DNA of 64,000 nt from an uncultured bacterium. GTDB taxonomy: Bacteria > Chloroflexota > UBA5177 > JANWHV01. Positions within the stretch are counted from its first letter, which is position 1; every line of letters begins with the position of its first letter. The notes under the pieces were generated by a model that did no database searches, had not been told where the DNA came from, and saw nothing but the letters and a program-made list of their open reading frames with translations. The stretch covers positions 352,001-416,000 of the forward strand of contig CAWHAE010000016.1 of NCBI GenBank assembly GCA_963827235.1, written 5' to 3'. Of the stretch, positions 29,361 to 39,673 are shown one piece after another. A program made the translations under genes and the position numbers.

Positions 29361-31719
29361 CAAGCTCAGGCTCAGGCTCCGTCTCGGTCAGGGCAACAAC
29401 GGTCTTGCACTTGGGATAGCCCGTGCAGCCTAGAAACGGCTTGCCGGCGTTGGAGCCCTTCCGCGCCACGCGCACGGCAAGCGGCTTGCCGCAATTTGGG
29501 CATCGGCGCTCCGCGGCCAGCGACTCCAGCGCCGAAGGCATCGCGGGAGCCTCAGCCGCCACACCGTCGATGGCAACGATGCCCTTGCAGGCGGGATACC
29601 TGGCGCAACCCCAAAACTTGTTACCGCGTCCACGGCCCCTAAAGGCCTGCCGGAGCACCATTGGACCGCCGCACTGCGGGCACGGCGGAGCCTCCTTGCC
29701 CTCCGGCACCTCAGGCTTCGGCTTCGGCGGCTTATACTTGCACTCCGGGTAGTTGCTGCAGGACACGAAGGTGCCGAATTGCCCGGCGCGCTTCACCAGA
29801 TCGCCCCCACACTGCGGACACTTCTCGCCGGTCGGCTCGGGCGGTGGACCGGCCACGCGCTTGCGCCCGGCCTCCACCGCCTCGGCGACTGCAGGCAGGA
29901 ACGTGTTCGCGAAGCGGCGCAGCATCTCGCGAGAATTCTGCTGGCGGTCGGCGATCCTGTCCAGATCCTCTTCTACGCGGGCAGTAAATGCAGGGTCCAC
30001 CAGGTCAGGTATCCGCTCGCGCGCCCAGTCCGTAACCGTCAAGGCGAGCGGGGTGGCTTTCAGCGCCCGGCCTTCCCTCACCACGTAGCCGCGCTCGAGG
30101 ATCACGTCGATAGTCGGGGCATAGGTACTGGGTCGTCCTACGCCGCGCTCTTCCAGAGCCTTGACCAGTGAGGCTTCTGTATAACGCGGCGGCGGCTTCG
30201 TCTCGTGCCGCTCCACCGACCCATCCACGGCCGTCACGTGTTCCCCGCTCTCCAGCGCAGGCAGTTCCTGACCACCGTCTTCCTCGTCGTCCTCATCGCG
30301 GATGCCGGCCACGTCGAGCCAGCCGGCAAAGATCACGCGGGAAGACCGGGCCCTGGCGCCGCAGGCGCATCCGGCGGCGAGCAGGTCCGCGGAGCGCCGG
30401 TCGTAGACCGCGTCCACCGCCTGCGAAGCGAGAAACCGCAGGCGAATCAGCCGATAGAGTCGCCGCGAGTCCTCGTCGAGGTCACTGCCGACTGACTCGA
30501 TCGCCGGATCGGTCGGCCGGATGCATTCGTGCGCACCCTGCGCGCCCGCCTTGTTCGCATAACTGCGCGGCTCGGCCGGCACATACTGGCTGCCCCAGCC
30601 TGCCGCCAAGACAGCGCGCGCCGCAGCCACGGCCTCGGCGGCGATGGCCACGCTATCCGTTCTCATATAGGTAATCAGGCCGCGCTCGTAGAGGCTCTGG
30701 GCGGCAGTCATTGTGCGCTTAGGACTGAAGCCAAGGCTCGTGCCGGCCGACTGCTGCAACGTGCTTGTGATAAAAGGCGGATTCGGCCTCCTCCTATTCT
30801 GCGACCGCTCGACTTTGTCCACGGACCACTCGCGGCCCAGGACGTGGTCGAGTGCCCGGCGAGCAGTGGCCTCGTCGGCAAGTACGGGCGGCGCACCCTC
30901 CGCGATGCGCAGATCCTCGCCGTCCAGCAGACGCAAATCAGCAACGAATCGAACGCCGTCGTGCTTCTCGAAGGTAGCCTGCACAGTCCAGTATTCGCGA
31001 ATGTCGAAGGCACTGATCTCGCGCTCCCGGTCGGCTACCAGCGCCATCGCGACGCTCTGGACGCGGCCGGCCGACAGACCACGCCGCACCGTACGCCAGA
31101 GGGCCGGCGAGGCCTTATAGCCTACCATGCGGTCGAGCACGCGACGTGCTTCCTGAGCCTCGACCAGCCCGTCGTCGATGCGTCGCGGATGCGCCAGCGC
31201 TTCCCGAATCGCCTTGGGCGTGATCTCGTGAAACTCAAGCCGGTCGGGATTTATCGCCTCTAACAGCCGTGCAACGTGCCAGCCAATTGCCTCCCCTTCG
31301 CGGTCCGGGTCGGTGGCGATCACGATGCGGCTGGCGTCGCGCGCTGCAGACTTCAGCGCAGCAAGATCCTTCGCCTTGCGCGACGGGACCTCGTAGACCG
31401 GCTGGAAGGAGTCTTCGTCGTAGCCAAGGCCCTTCTCAGGCAGGTCTGCCACGTGACCTTTGCTGGCAATCACCTTATATGGCGACCCGAGTATAGAGCT
31501 TATTGTGCGGGCCTTCGTGGGCGACTCCACGATGACCAGCGTTGTTCCCCCTTCTGAGCTACCTTCCGCGGCCATGCGTGCAGAGCGGGCGCGCGCCGGC
31601 CGGGGAGCGGACCCGGTGCTGCCGGATCCTGCACTTCCAGTCTCGACTGGAGGTCGCTTTTCATCATCAACTGTCGTCGCACGCGAGCTACGCCGCGGCT
31701 CGCTTCTTGTCTTGGCCAA
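29347..31719 (-). CDS. topA: DNA topoisomerase I with three C-terminal zinc ribbons
   Basis: LVIVESPTKA, ATDPDREGE, SAGRVQS, ITYMRTDS, GRPSTYA; three CPxCG..CxxYPxC repeats. Confidence 0.97.
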   Translation of the reverse strand: MAKTRSEPRRSSRATTVDDEKRPPVETGSAGSGSTGSAPRPARARSARMAAEGSSEGGTTLVIVESPTKARTISSILGSPYKVIASKGHVADLPEKGLGYDEDSFQPVYEVPSRKAKDLAALKSAARDASRIVIATDPDREGEAIGWHVARLLEAINPDRLEFHEITPKAIREALAHPRRIDDGLVEAQEARRVLDRMVGYKASPALWRTVRRGLSAGRVQSVAMALVADREREISAFDIREYWTVQATFEKHDGVRFVADLRLLDGEDLRIAEGAPPVLADEATARRALDHVLGREWSVDKVERSQNRRRPNPPFITSTLQQSAGTSLGFSPKRTMTAAQSLYERGLITYMRTDSVAIAAEAVAAARAVLAAGWGSQYVPAEPRSYANKAGAQGAHECIRPTDPAIESVGSDLDEDSRRLYRLIRLRFLASQAVDAVYDRRSADLLAAGCACGARARSSRVIFAGWLDVAGIRDEDDEEDGGQELPALESGEHVTAVDGSVERHETKPPPRYTEASLVKALEERGVGRPSTYAPTIDVILERGYVVREGRALKATPLALTVTDWARERIPDLVDPAFTARVEEDLDRIADRQQNSREMLRRFANTFLPAVAEAVEAGRKRVAGPPPEPTGEKCPQCGGDLVKRAGQFGTFVSCSNYPECKYKPPKPKPEVPEGKEAPPCPQCGGPMVLRQAFRGRGRGNKFWGCARYPACKGIVAIDGVAAEAPAMPSALESLAAERRCPNCGKPLAVRVARKGSNAGKPFLGCTGYPKCKTVVALTETEPEPELATPV

Positions 31720-31989
31720 AGAGTCACCTCATATGCATCGAGTCATGCCTGCCACTCCGCCGCCTTCGCAAGGCCCGGCCAGGACACTTTACCCTACTCG
31801 AGCTCATCCACACAATCACCTGTCGGCGGCGGTTCTGCCGCCACGACTGCTTGGTCCATTGTGCGCAGAGAACGTACACCGCGCAAGGCCTAATGTTCCT
31901 CAAGACTGAAGCAGCATCAGGCAGGATAGTACATCCTGCTCAACAATAGAGGTCCGCTAGCCAAGACGGCAACGTAGTATGCTCTCACT

Positions 31990-32691
31990 ATGGACGACGA
32001 CACCGCGGCGCTGATCGACATACTGCGCACCAGTCACAGGCCCGCACTCCGCCTGGAAGCCGTAAGGCAGATCGCTGCCGCCAATGCGGTCGAGGCAGTG
32101 CCCGCGTTGCTTGCAGTGCTTGACGACGCCGCCGACCCGCGATCGCTCTCCGTGGTGACGGCGGCTCTCACGACCATTCAGCAGATGGGTCCGGCCGCGG
32201 CGCCACATATCGAAGAAGGTCTGCGCCGGAACTTCGGCAACCACCGGCAGTTCATGCCGCTACTGCTGGCGTCCTCGTTGGCCGGGCAGTCCTTTCCCTT
32301 GCTTAGCGGCATGCTCTGCGACCCCGACCTGGAAGTGGCCGTAAACGCCGCGACTCAACTCGGCCAGCTTCGCCTCGCCGCCGCCTTCGACCCGCTCGTC
32401 GCGGTAGTGCGTGACGACAGCGCTGCGGCAGCGCTGCGAGGCGCCGCGGCGGCTGCGCTGGGCGCACTCAGAGATCCTCGCGCTCTGCCGGTGCTTATCG
32501 AGCTGCTCGACGCGCCCGAGCGCGAGATACTGGCAGGTGCCATTGATGGACTCTCCGATCTGCGCGATCCCGCCGGAGCACCGCACCTCGAGAGACTACT
32601 GGAGCGCCGTGATCTCGACCAATCAACTGAGCGTGCCGTTCGGCTCGGACTGCTGGCCATGGAACGCTATCGGCCCAGCGAGCAGGTCTGA
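31990..32691 (+). CDS. HEAT/PBS-lyase repeat protein
   Basis: Repeats AVPALLAVL, AATQLG, AAAALGALRDPRALPVLIELL. Confidence 0.85.
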   Translation: MDDDTAALIDILRTSHRPALRLEAVRQIAAANAVEAVPALLAVLDDAADPRSLSVVTAALTTIQQMGPAAAPHIEEGLRRNFGNHRQFMPLLLASSLAGQSFPLLSGMLCDPDLEVAVNAATQLGQLRLAAAFDPLVAVVRDDSAAAALRGAAAAALGALRDPRALPVLIELLDAPEREILAGAIDGLSDLRDPAGAPHLERLLERRDLDQSTERAVRLGLLAMERYRPSEQV

Positions 32692-32812
32692 CGAGGTCAC
32701 GTCGCGGACTACCACAAGGACAGGCGCGCCCTTCGCGATCCACCAGACCACGCACGTCACAGCGGCTCACGGTCGCCCGCCGAAGTACCGGAATCGCAGC
32801 GTACATAGACGA

Positions 32813-32845
32813 GTACGAGAGGCGCGTGACACGCGCCTCTCGTAC
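32813..32845. terminator. Hairpin between convergent HEAT and sigma genes
   Basis: GTACGAGAGGCGCG / CGCGCCTCTCGTAC. Confidence 0.65.
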
Positions 32846-32863
32846 CACGACGATATCGACGAG

Positions 32864-33862
32864 CTATCCGAGGTACTCGCGCAGGCTCTCGATCTCCTGC
32901 AGGCCGCGGATGCGGTTCAGCGCCTGCGCTTCGATCTGGCGAATGCGCTCGCGCGTGAGGCCGAACTCACGGCTCACTTCCATCAGAGTGCGGCTGCGCC
33001 CGTCGGTGATCCCATAACGCAGTTCAAGCACCTGACGCTCGCGATCGGGAAGCCTGTTGAGCAGCGTGCTGACGTCGTGCCGCATGGTGCTCTCGACGGC
33101 GCTCTCCACGGGCGAAGCCGCTCCGGTATCCTCCGTGAAATCGCCGAGCGTATGTTCGTCGTCGCTGCCCAAAGTCGTCTCGAGCGATATGGGCTGCTGT
33201 ACGACATGCATCAGGCCGGCAACCTTCTCAGGAGTCATGCCGACTTCTTCGCTGATGCTCTCCGCCGTGGGATCCTCGCCGAGCTCCTGCCGCAGGTAGT
33301 CCACCGCAGCGCTCAGCTTGCTCATCTCCTCGTACACGTGCACCGGAACGCGAATCGTGCGGCCACGATCCGAAAGCGCCCGAGTCACGGCCTGGCGTAT
33401 CCACCAGACCGCGTAGGTGCTAAACCTGTATCCCTTCCGGTAATCGAACTTCTCGACCGCGCGGATCAGGCCAATGTTCCCCTCTTGGATCAGGTCGAGG
33501 AGAGGAAAGCCCTGGTTGAGGTAATGCTTCGCAACGCTGACCACGAGGCGGAGATTCGCCTCGATCATGCGGCGCTTCGCCCCTTCGTCGCCTTCTTCGA
33601 TCCGCTTCGCCAGCTCGATCTCCTGCTTAGGCGTCACGCGCGGAATCTTGGCGATCTCACGCAGGTAGTTGGCGACGCTGTCGACGACGACGCTATGCTC
33701 AGCGACGTCCTCAGGCTGATCGGCCTGCTCAGTCGAAAGCTCGGGAAGATCCTCGCGTGGCGCCTTGCGGCGCAACGGCAAGATTCGCTTTACGCGGACG
33801 GGGGTGCGGTCATCACCGGCCTCCAACAACCGGTCTTGCGCACGCGTCTCCACTTCAATCAT
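32864..33862 (-). CDS. RNA polymerase sigma-70 factor, RpoD/SigA-like without region 1.1
   Basis: [61 protein letters not shown]. Confidence 0.95.
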   Translation of the reverse strand: MIEVETRAQDRLLEAGDDRTPVRVKRILPLRRKAPREDLPELSTEQADQPEDVAEHSVVVDSVANYLREIAKIPRVTPKQEIELAKRIEEGDEGAKRRMIEANLRLVVSVAKHYLNQGFPLLDLIQEGNIGLIRAVEKFDYRKGYRFSTYAVWWIRQAVTRALSDRGRTIRVPVHVYEEMSKLSAAVDYLRQELGEDPTAESISEEVGMTPEKVAGLMHVVQQPISLETTLGSDDEHTLGDFTEDTGAASPVESAVESTMRHDVSTLLNRLPDRERQVLELRYGITDGRSRTLMEVSREFGLTRERIRQIEAQALNRIRGLQEIESLREYLG

Positions 33863-33994
33863 GCGAACACGTCTCCAGTTGGCTGTTTGCGCGCAACACG
33901 TAGAATGCCTCGGGCCCAGCCATGAGCTTCGTAAGGCGTCCGGACGTTACGGCGCTTGAATGTCATTGAAAGTACAGTATTTTGTTCCGACCTA

Positions 33995-34023
33995 ATAATA
34001 CGCCTGAAGAAGGAACCTGTCAA
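33995..34023 (-). promoter_or_regulatory. Sigma-70 promoter for the sigma factor gene
   Basis: TTGACA-17 nt-TATTAT on the minus strand. Confidence 0.75.
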
Positions 34024-34334
34024 CAGCTTGGCCCCGATATGTTGTGGTGTTCTCAGCGCGGGATGCTACGCTGCGCCAAGAATTCATTTCGTTTAGGATA
34101 GACACCTGCAAACAGCCTGCCGTGAGCCGGCTCGTGCTCGCGCATGACCCCTATCGCCGCCCTCCGCGCCGATCCGATTCAGGTCGCCGGTCTGGTGAGC
34201 GTCGCCGCACGGCGGTCTTCGAGCCGGGCGGCCGCATAATGTCTTCCCGCTCGCCGCGGCCCGGCCTCTGCGATCATTGCCCATCACCGCGTGCCTTCGG
34301 CGTGAGCAACAACTCGCATGGGCGCGACCATGAA

Positions 34335-34376
34335 AACACATGGATGTTCAGGTTGGACCCTGAACATCCATGTGTT
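34335..34376 (-). terminator. 18-bp perfect inverted repeat, likely terminator of the 104-aa gene
   Basis: AACACATGGATGTTCAGG-6 nt-CCTGAACATCCATGTGTT; T run at the minus-strand 3' end. Confidence 0.6.
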
Positions 34377-34419
34377 GGACTCTGAAACCAGATTTCCGAG
34401 CGATTACAGGAATCTGCCG

Positions 34420-34734
34420 CTAGGCCTCCGCGACCAGGATGATCATTACTTCAGCCTCGCGCTCATCGTTACCCTTACGGTTCTTGTACGTCCGGCTCGC
34501 GGCGGTCTGAAATCGGACTTTCACGCCCTGTTCCTTGGCAATTGCACGATATCGGGCCTTAATTGTTTCATCGCGCTCATCCGGGCCCAACGTCAACTCG
34601 ATTGCCAGGTCCTGCTCCGCAGCTTGACGTAACCATTGGCGTGCTTCTTCACGCTCCTTCTGAGCATGTTCACCGGCGCGCCGACGGGCTGCCCTTTGTA
34701 CCTCATGCCTTTCAATTAGCCGAACGTTTGGCAC
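34420..34734 (-). CDS. Hypothetical small charged protein
   Basis: 104-aa ORF with upstream TGcTATATT extended -10 and a downstream hairpin. Confidence 0.7.
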   Translation of the reverse strand: MPNVRLIERHEVQRAARRRAGEHAQKEREEARQWLRQAAEQDLAIELTLGPDERDETIKARYRAIAKEQGVKVRFQTAASRTYKNRKGNDEREAEVMIILVAEA

Positions 34735-34820
34735 TTGTGCACCTACCCAACTTCTTCAACAAACTCGATTGTTTGAGATGAATATAGCACACAACCATTG
34801 CCGTATTCACAATTGGTTTC

Positions 34821-34849
34821 TTGACAGCCGATCGGCCGCAACCTACGAT
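34821..34849 (+). promoter_or_regulatory. Sigma-70 promoter for the SbcD-like/SMC-like operon
   Basis: TTGACA-17 nt-TACGAT. Confidence 0.7.
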
Positions 34850-34902
34850 CAGCGTGGACGGTGCCGTAGGCGCCGCGCAAGGCGGACCGGGCTGGGCCCG
34901 GG

Positions 34903-36024
34903 GTGAAAGCGATGAGTCTGAGCGTCCTCCACTTCGCTAACTTGCGCCTGGGCGCGGCGTATCCCTCGCTCGGTATGCGCGGGCGCGATCTCCGTGCCCA
35001 GCTCCTCGCCAGTCTCAAGGCGCTCGGCGGTCTCGCGGTTGAGCGGAAGGTAGACGCCGTGCTGGTGTCGGGTGATCTGTTCGGCTGCGCCGTGCCAGCT
35101 ACCGCCACCCTGAAAGCCGTCCAGGCGTTCTTCGCTCACCTGCGCGACGCAGGCATCGCCGCCGTCATTCTGCCGGGCGCTCGCGATCCTGAAGGTGCGT
35201 TTGACTCAACCTTCCAGGCGGATGCTCGCGACCTCTTTCCCGGCGCGCACGTGTTGGGACCGGATATGCCATGCGCGAAGCTCGACAAGCCAGATTTCGA
35301 CGTCTATTCGGTGTTGTTGCCTGCCGGCGCCTCGGACGTCATAACTGCCCTGGTGCCAGTGCATACGGTGCCGCCTCGACTGGCAATTGGGGTAGGCTAC
35401 TGGCCGGGCAAGGCACAGCCTGATCTGGCGGCCATGGCCGAGGCCGCCGCGGCAATTGGTCTTCGCTACCTGGGCGTCGGCGGCTCCCCTGCCTTCGATA
35501 CGGGTCCGAGCGCCGGGACCGTAGCATGCTCGCCCGGAGTGCCCGAGCCGGTGGACTGGGATCATGCGAACGGCACGGCGGCGCTGGTCGGTTTCGATGA
35601 GGAGGGCCATTGCAGCGTAGATCGCCTCGCCACCGGCATACTCCGATTTGCGCGCAAGAAGATCTCCCTCACGCCCGACAACAAGCACCCGCTCAGCCAT
35701 ATACTTGACAAGATGAGCGATCCGCACCTTGGCCTGGAAATCGTGCTTACCGGCGTTTGCCCGTCGGACACCTCGATCGATCCTGCGCTGCTTGAGGCAG
35801 AGTACGGGGACAAGTTTTTCAGTCTTCGTGTCGTGGACCGAACCAAGCTGCAGATCGATGCCGGCAGCGCCGCCTCGGAGTCTCAAGCAACCGTCCTGGG
35901 CAACTTCGCTCGCATCATGGATGCTCGCATCAAATCGTCAGCGGGCGGAGAAGAGGCTGCGCTGCAGCGGGAGGCCTATCGCCTGGCAGTGCATCTTCTA
36001 CAGGGTGGGCAGGCCACGCGATGA
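34903..36024 (+). CDS. SbcD/Mre11/YhaO-like metallophosphoesterase-fold protein with degenerate active site
   Basis: Motif positions are recognisable but substituted: LHFANLRLG, SGDLFG, PGARD, YLGVGGSP, SPGVPE. Confidence 0.85.
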   Translation: MKAMSLSVLHFANLRLGAAYPSLGMRGRDLRAQLLASLKALGGLAVERKVDAVLVSGDLFGCAVPATATLKAVQAFFAHLRDAGIAAVILPGARDPEGAFDSTFQADARDLFPGAHVLGPDMPCAKLDKPDFDVYSVLLPAGASDVITALVPVHTVPPRLAIGVGYWPGKAQPDLAAMAEAAAAIGLRYLGVGGSPAFDTGPSAGTVACSPGVPEPVDWDHANGTAALVGFDEEGHCSVDRLATGILRFARKKISLTPDNKHPLSHILDKMSDPHLGLEIVLTGVCPSDTSIDPALLEAEYGDKFFSLRVVDRTKLQIDAGSAASESQATVLGNFARIMDARIKSSAGGEEAALQREAYRLAVHLLQGGQATR

Positions 36025-38171
36025 AGCTCTCGTCGCTATCGGTCGAGAACTTCAAGGCCTTCGAGCGCGCTCAGATTCGATTCTCCCCCGGCTTCAATGT
36101 AATCAAAGGTCCCAACGAGGCGGGCAAGAGTAGCGTCCAGGCCGCGATCCTTATGGCCCTGTTCGCGGACGCGACCTCGACCGACTCGCAGATGGAAGGC
36201 TACACGCGTTGGGGTCAGGACGAGCGTCCCCGCGTGAGGCTGGCGTTCGAGGCCGACGGCACCACGTATGAACTGCTGAAAGACTTCGAGCAGGGTACCG
36301 TCTCGCTCAGCTGGTCGAAAGATGAAGGCACGGCCGACGCATCGACCGGCGATCCCTCGCAGGTTTTGCACGTGGTTGGAGGCTTGCTCGGCTCGACGTC
36401 GATGGACGCCTACGTAAACACGGCCTGCATTCGAAGCGAGGAAGTGAGCAAGCTTCCTTCTGCGACGGCGCCGGTCAGCCAGCGACTGCAGACCAAGGTC
36501 ATGTCGGGTCGTCGCGCGGACGCCACGGACGTCCTCAAGGCCATCGACCATGAGCTCGGGTCGCTGGCGGCGAGCGGCCTCAGACGGATCAGCGACCCGA
36601 GCCCGCTCCGCGCCTCCCACGAGCGTGTTGAGGCACTGCAGCGCCAGGTGCGAATCGCCGCGGAGAAGCTCGCGGAGTTCCAATCCAATACCAAGGCTCT
36701 GGTCCGGCTTCGCCGCGATCTCGGCGCGGTCGAGCAGGACATCGCCGAGTGGTCCCGCAGACTGGAGCTGAGTGACAGGGCACAAACACTGGCGGAGGAC
36801 ATAGCGCTGCTCGAGGAGCATGCGGCCGAGGTCAAGGGCGTGGAGCAGCTTCGCGAGAGCGTGGGCCAGGCGGCCACACAGTTGAGCAGTCTCGACTACG
36901 AGACGGTAGCCCGCAGCTTCGAGCAAGTCCAGGCTCTGGAGCGCAATCTTCACCGCCTCAGGATGCGCGAAGCTGAGATCAACCATCAGCTCGCCGTATT
37001 GGCGCTTCGCCAGCTGCAAAACGTGCCCCTGGTCTCGCCGACCACACTCGTGGCAGGCGGAGCGCTCACATCGGTCGTGTTTGCCGCGCTGGCAATCGCA
37101 ACGCACGTGGCAGCGCTCTTTGCCGGCATACTCGTCGGTGTCGCAGTGGCAGCCAGCGCGGTCGGTCTGCGCAGGCGCGTGCGAGTTGACGACACCGGCC
37201 AGTTCGCATCCGAGCTCGCTGCCTGCGTGCAGCAGATCGCGGAGGCTGAGCGCGAGATCAGCCGGCAGCTTTCAAAGTACGGTCTTCGTTCGGTTGAAGA
37301 GATCGGCACTGTCCTGCGCGCCCTCAGGCCAGGCACCGAGGCGCGCGCCATCCGCCAACAGCGTATTGAGAAGCTGCTCGGCGACCAGCGTGTGGAGGAT
37401 CTGCAAGCCGCGCTCTCTCAGGTCGCGGCCCAGATTGCCGCCAGGCGGGCAGAGCTTGACCAGTTGGCGACGGCTCGCCTCTCCGGCTCAGCCTACGAGC
37501 AGGTCGATCGCATGGTGCAGTCTTTGACGGCAAAGAAGGAGTCGGTGCAGCGTGAGCTCTACCGCCTCGAGGGTGAGCTGCTTGCTAATGCGGTGACCAG
37601 CGAGTCCCTTGCGGCAGCCGAAGAAGAGCTCGCCGCAGAACAGCTCCGGCTGGCTCGCCTCGAGCGCCGACGAAAGGGCCTGGAGCGCGCTCAAAGCGGC
37701 ATGCGTGAGGCAGTCGCCGCGACCCTCGAGCAGGTCAGCGGCGCCTTTCGCGAAGGGATCTCCAAGCACCTCGGCCAGATGACCGCCGGACGCTATGACC
37801 AGGTAGACGCACAGATCGACGAAGCCGGTTTGCGTCTGATGGTGCAAACCGCCGACCACAGGCGGTCAGTACGGGCCGATAGCTTGAGCCGCGCCACCCA
37901 GGACCAGATCTACCTCGCGGCGCGCATGGCTCTACTCGACCTCGCTGGCGATGGCCGCCGGCCACCGCTGTTGCTCGATGACCCCTTCGTCAACTACGAC
38001 GAGGGCAGGATGGGTAACACGCTGGAGCTGATGCGCGAACTCTACAAGGATTACCAGGTAATACTCTTCACCTGCGTCGACCGCTATGACCGCTATGCGG
38101 ACAGCGTGTTCGCGCTCGCCGGTCCCGAGAGCGACGTCGAGGCGCCGGTGGAAGCTGGGGTTACGCCGTAG
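36021..38171 (+). CDS. Rad50/SbcC/YhaN-like SMC ATPase with central hydrophobic segment
   Basis: Walker A GPNEAGKSS, long coiled coils, signature LSRATQDQ, Walker B LLLDDPF, FTC; two TM-like helices mid-protein. Confidence 0.9.
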   Translation: MKLSSLSVENFKAFERAQIRFSPGFNVIKGPNEAGKSSVQAAILMALFADATSTDSQMEGYTRWGQDERPRVRLAFEADGTTYELLKDFEQGTVSLSWSKDEGTADASTGDPSQVLHVVGGLLGSTSMDAYVNTACIRSEEVSKLPSATAPVSQRLQTKVMSGRRADATDVLKAIDHELGSLAASGLRRISDPSPLRASHERVEALQRQVRIAAEKLAEFQSNTKALVRLRRDLGAVEQDIAEWSRRLELSDRAQTLAEDIALLEEHAAEVKGVEQLRESVGQAATQLSSLDYETVARSFEQVQALERNLHRLRMREAEINHQLAVLALRQLQNVPLVSPTTLVAGGALTSVVFAALAIATHVAALFAGILVGVAVAASAVGLRRRVRVDDTGQFASELAACVQQIAEAEREISRQLSKYGLRSVEEIGTVLRALRPGTEARAIRQQRIEKLLGDQRVEDLQAALSQVAAQIAARRAELDQLATARLSGSAYEQVDRMVQSLTAKKESVQRELYRLEGELLANAVTSESLAAAEEELAAEQLRLARLERRRKGLERAQSGMREAVAATLEQVSGAFREGISKHLGQMTAGRYDQVDAQIDEAGLRLMVQTADHRRSVRADSLSRATQDQIYLAARMALLDLAGDGRRPPLLLDDPFVNYDEGRMGNTLELMRELYKDYQVILFTCVDRYDRYADSVFALAGPESDVEAPVEAGVTP

Positions 38172-39534
38172 TGCTGCCGTAGCCCGGCGCGACGTGGCGT
38201 CCGGTAGGCTCGCCTATCACCCGCCCATGGCTTGCCACCAGCTTGCCTCGGAGAAAGGTCATCGTCGGCGCCCCGGCAACGACAACACCGTCGAAGGGCG
38301 TCAGTCGGTTCGGAGTGAGCATATCGGCGTTGCGGATCTCGATGCGAGCTTCGGGATCGACCACAACGAGATCGGCGTCGCTACCGGCGGCGATCGTGCC
38401 CTTTCTCGGCAGAAGCCCATAGAGCCTGGCAGGCGCGGTGCTCATCACATCCACGAGGCGGCGCATGTCGATGCGGTGGTCGTGCGCGGCACCAAGCATG
38501 AGCGGCAGCGAGGTTTGCACGCCGATAGCCCCCGGGCTTGCCTGCCAGATGTCGCGAGTCTTCTCCTCAGCCGTATGCGGCGCGTGGTCGGTGGCCAAGC
38601 AATCGATGGTACCATCGACAAGAGCCGTCCAGAGCTCGCGACGATCTTCCTCGTATTTCACCGCCGGATGGATCTTGATCACCGTGCCCAGGCGCGGATA
38701 GTCGCGTGCGTCGAGAAACAGGAACGGCGGAATGGTCTCCGCGGTGATCGGCAACCCCTCACGCTTCGCCTCGCGCACCACGCCGACACCGGCCGAGGAG
38801 CTGAGGTGATGCACGTGCAGGCGCGCACCCGACCTGCGGCAGAGGTCTATAGCCTGCCGCAATGCCCGCACCTCCGCCTCCACCGGCCGTGCCTCGGCGT
38901 GCGCCGCGGCATCGGACCGGCCCTGGGCTCGCAGAGAGCTCGTGCGCTCGAGCACGAGCGGCCGGTCCTCCGCATGCACGCCGATAATGGCCCCGGCGCG
39001 GGCAACGGCCTCGAAGTAGGGTAGAGCATCGGCGGCTTCGGGAAGACGCACTCCCGGTGCGACCTCCGTGCCGGCTAGCGACATGTCCCACTTGAATCCG
39101 GCCACTCCCATGGCAACGAGGCTCGCCACCTCGCCCTCGTCGCGCGAGCACAGGTATGCATAAGCTCCGAAATCCACGTACGACGATCGCCCGGCCACGG
39201 CGAGCTTCGCGGCCAGGCGATCCGCGCTGATGACCGCCAGGCAGCCGTTGTTCGGCATGTCGAACACCGTGGTGACGCCGCCCGCCGCGGCAGCGGCGGA
39301 TTCAGTCAGGTAGGTCGCCTTGTAGTCGAGCCCGGGCTCTCTGAAGTGTACGTGAAGGTCCACCACGCCAGGCAGCACCTGCCCGCCGTGGGCATCGACA
39401 ACCTCCGTTGCCGTGGGAAGAACATCACCATAGAAGATGCCGGCCACCCGGCCGCTGGAGATACCTATGCTGCCGCCGGCGATGCCATCGGCGGTCACCA
39501 GCTTCCCGTTGGCGATAAGCAGGTCGAGCGTCAT
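38161..39534 (-). CDS. Dihydroorotase/allantoinase-family amidohydrolase
   Basis: DLHVHFREPG, GGVTTVFDMPN, HAE, HVHH, ATDHAPH, GSDADLVV. Confidence 0.92.
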   Translation of the reverse strand: MTLDLLIANGKLVTADGIAGGSIGISSGRVAGIFYGDVLPTATEVVDAHGGQVLPGVVDLHVHFREPGLDYKATYLTESAAAAAGGVTTVFDMPNNGCLAVISADRLAAKLAVAGRSSYVDFGAYAYLCSRDEGEVASLVAMGVAGFKWDMSLAGTEVAPGVRLPEAADALPYFEAVARAGAIIGVHAEDRPLVLERTSSLRAQGRSDAAAHAEARPVEAEVRALRQAIDLCRRSGARLHVHHLSSSAGVGVVREAKREGLPITAETIPPFLFLDARDYPRLGTVIKIHPAVKYEEDRRELWTALVDGTIDCLATDHAPHTAEEKTRDIWQASPGAIGVQTSLPLMLGAAHDHRIDMRRLVDVMSTAPARLYGLLPRKGTIAAGSDADLVVVDPEARIEIRNADMLTPNRLTPFDGVVVAGAPTMTFLRGKLVASHGRVIGEPTGRHVAPGYGSTTA

Positions 39535-39673
39535 TCCGCCTCTCCATCTCTGTCGAGCACGTCGTAGCCGTGCTACGTACCGCATGCTACCCTTGAATGA
39601 GCCTCCTGTGATAGGCGAGCGGGACATTCTCCTCGCCTGGTTTCTCGACTACTCCGACGGAGAATAATGCACC

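Noticed and set aside
32411-33925. Long opposite-strand ORFs (e.g. 32411-33925, 21531-22556, 27146-28303, 36036-37106, 43756-44679)
   Set aside because: Antisense shadows of well-supported genes, as expected at high GC; no motifs.
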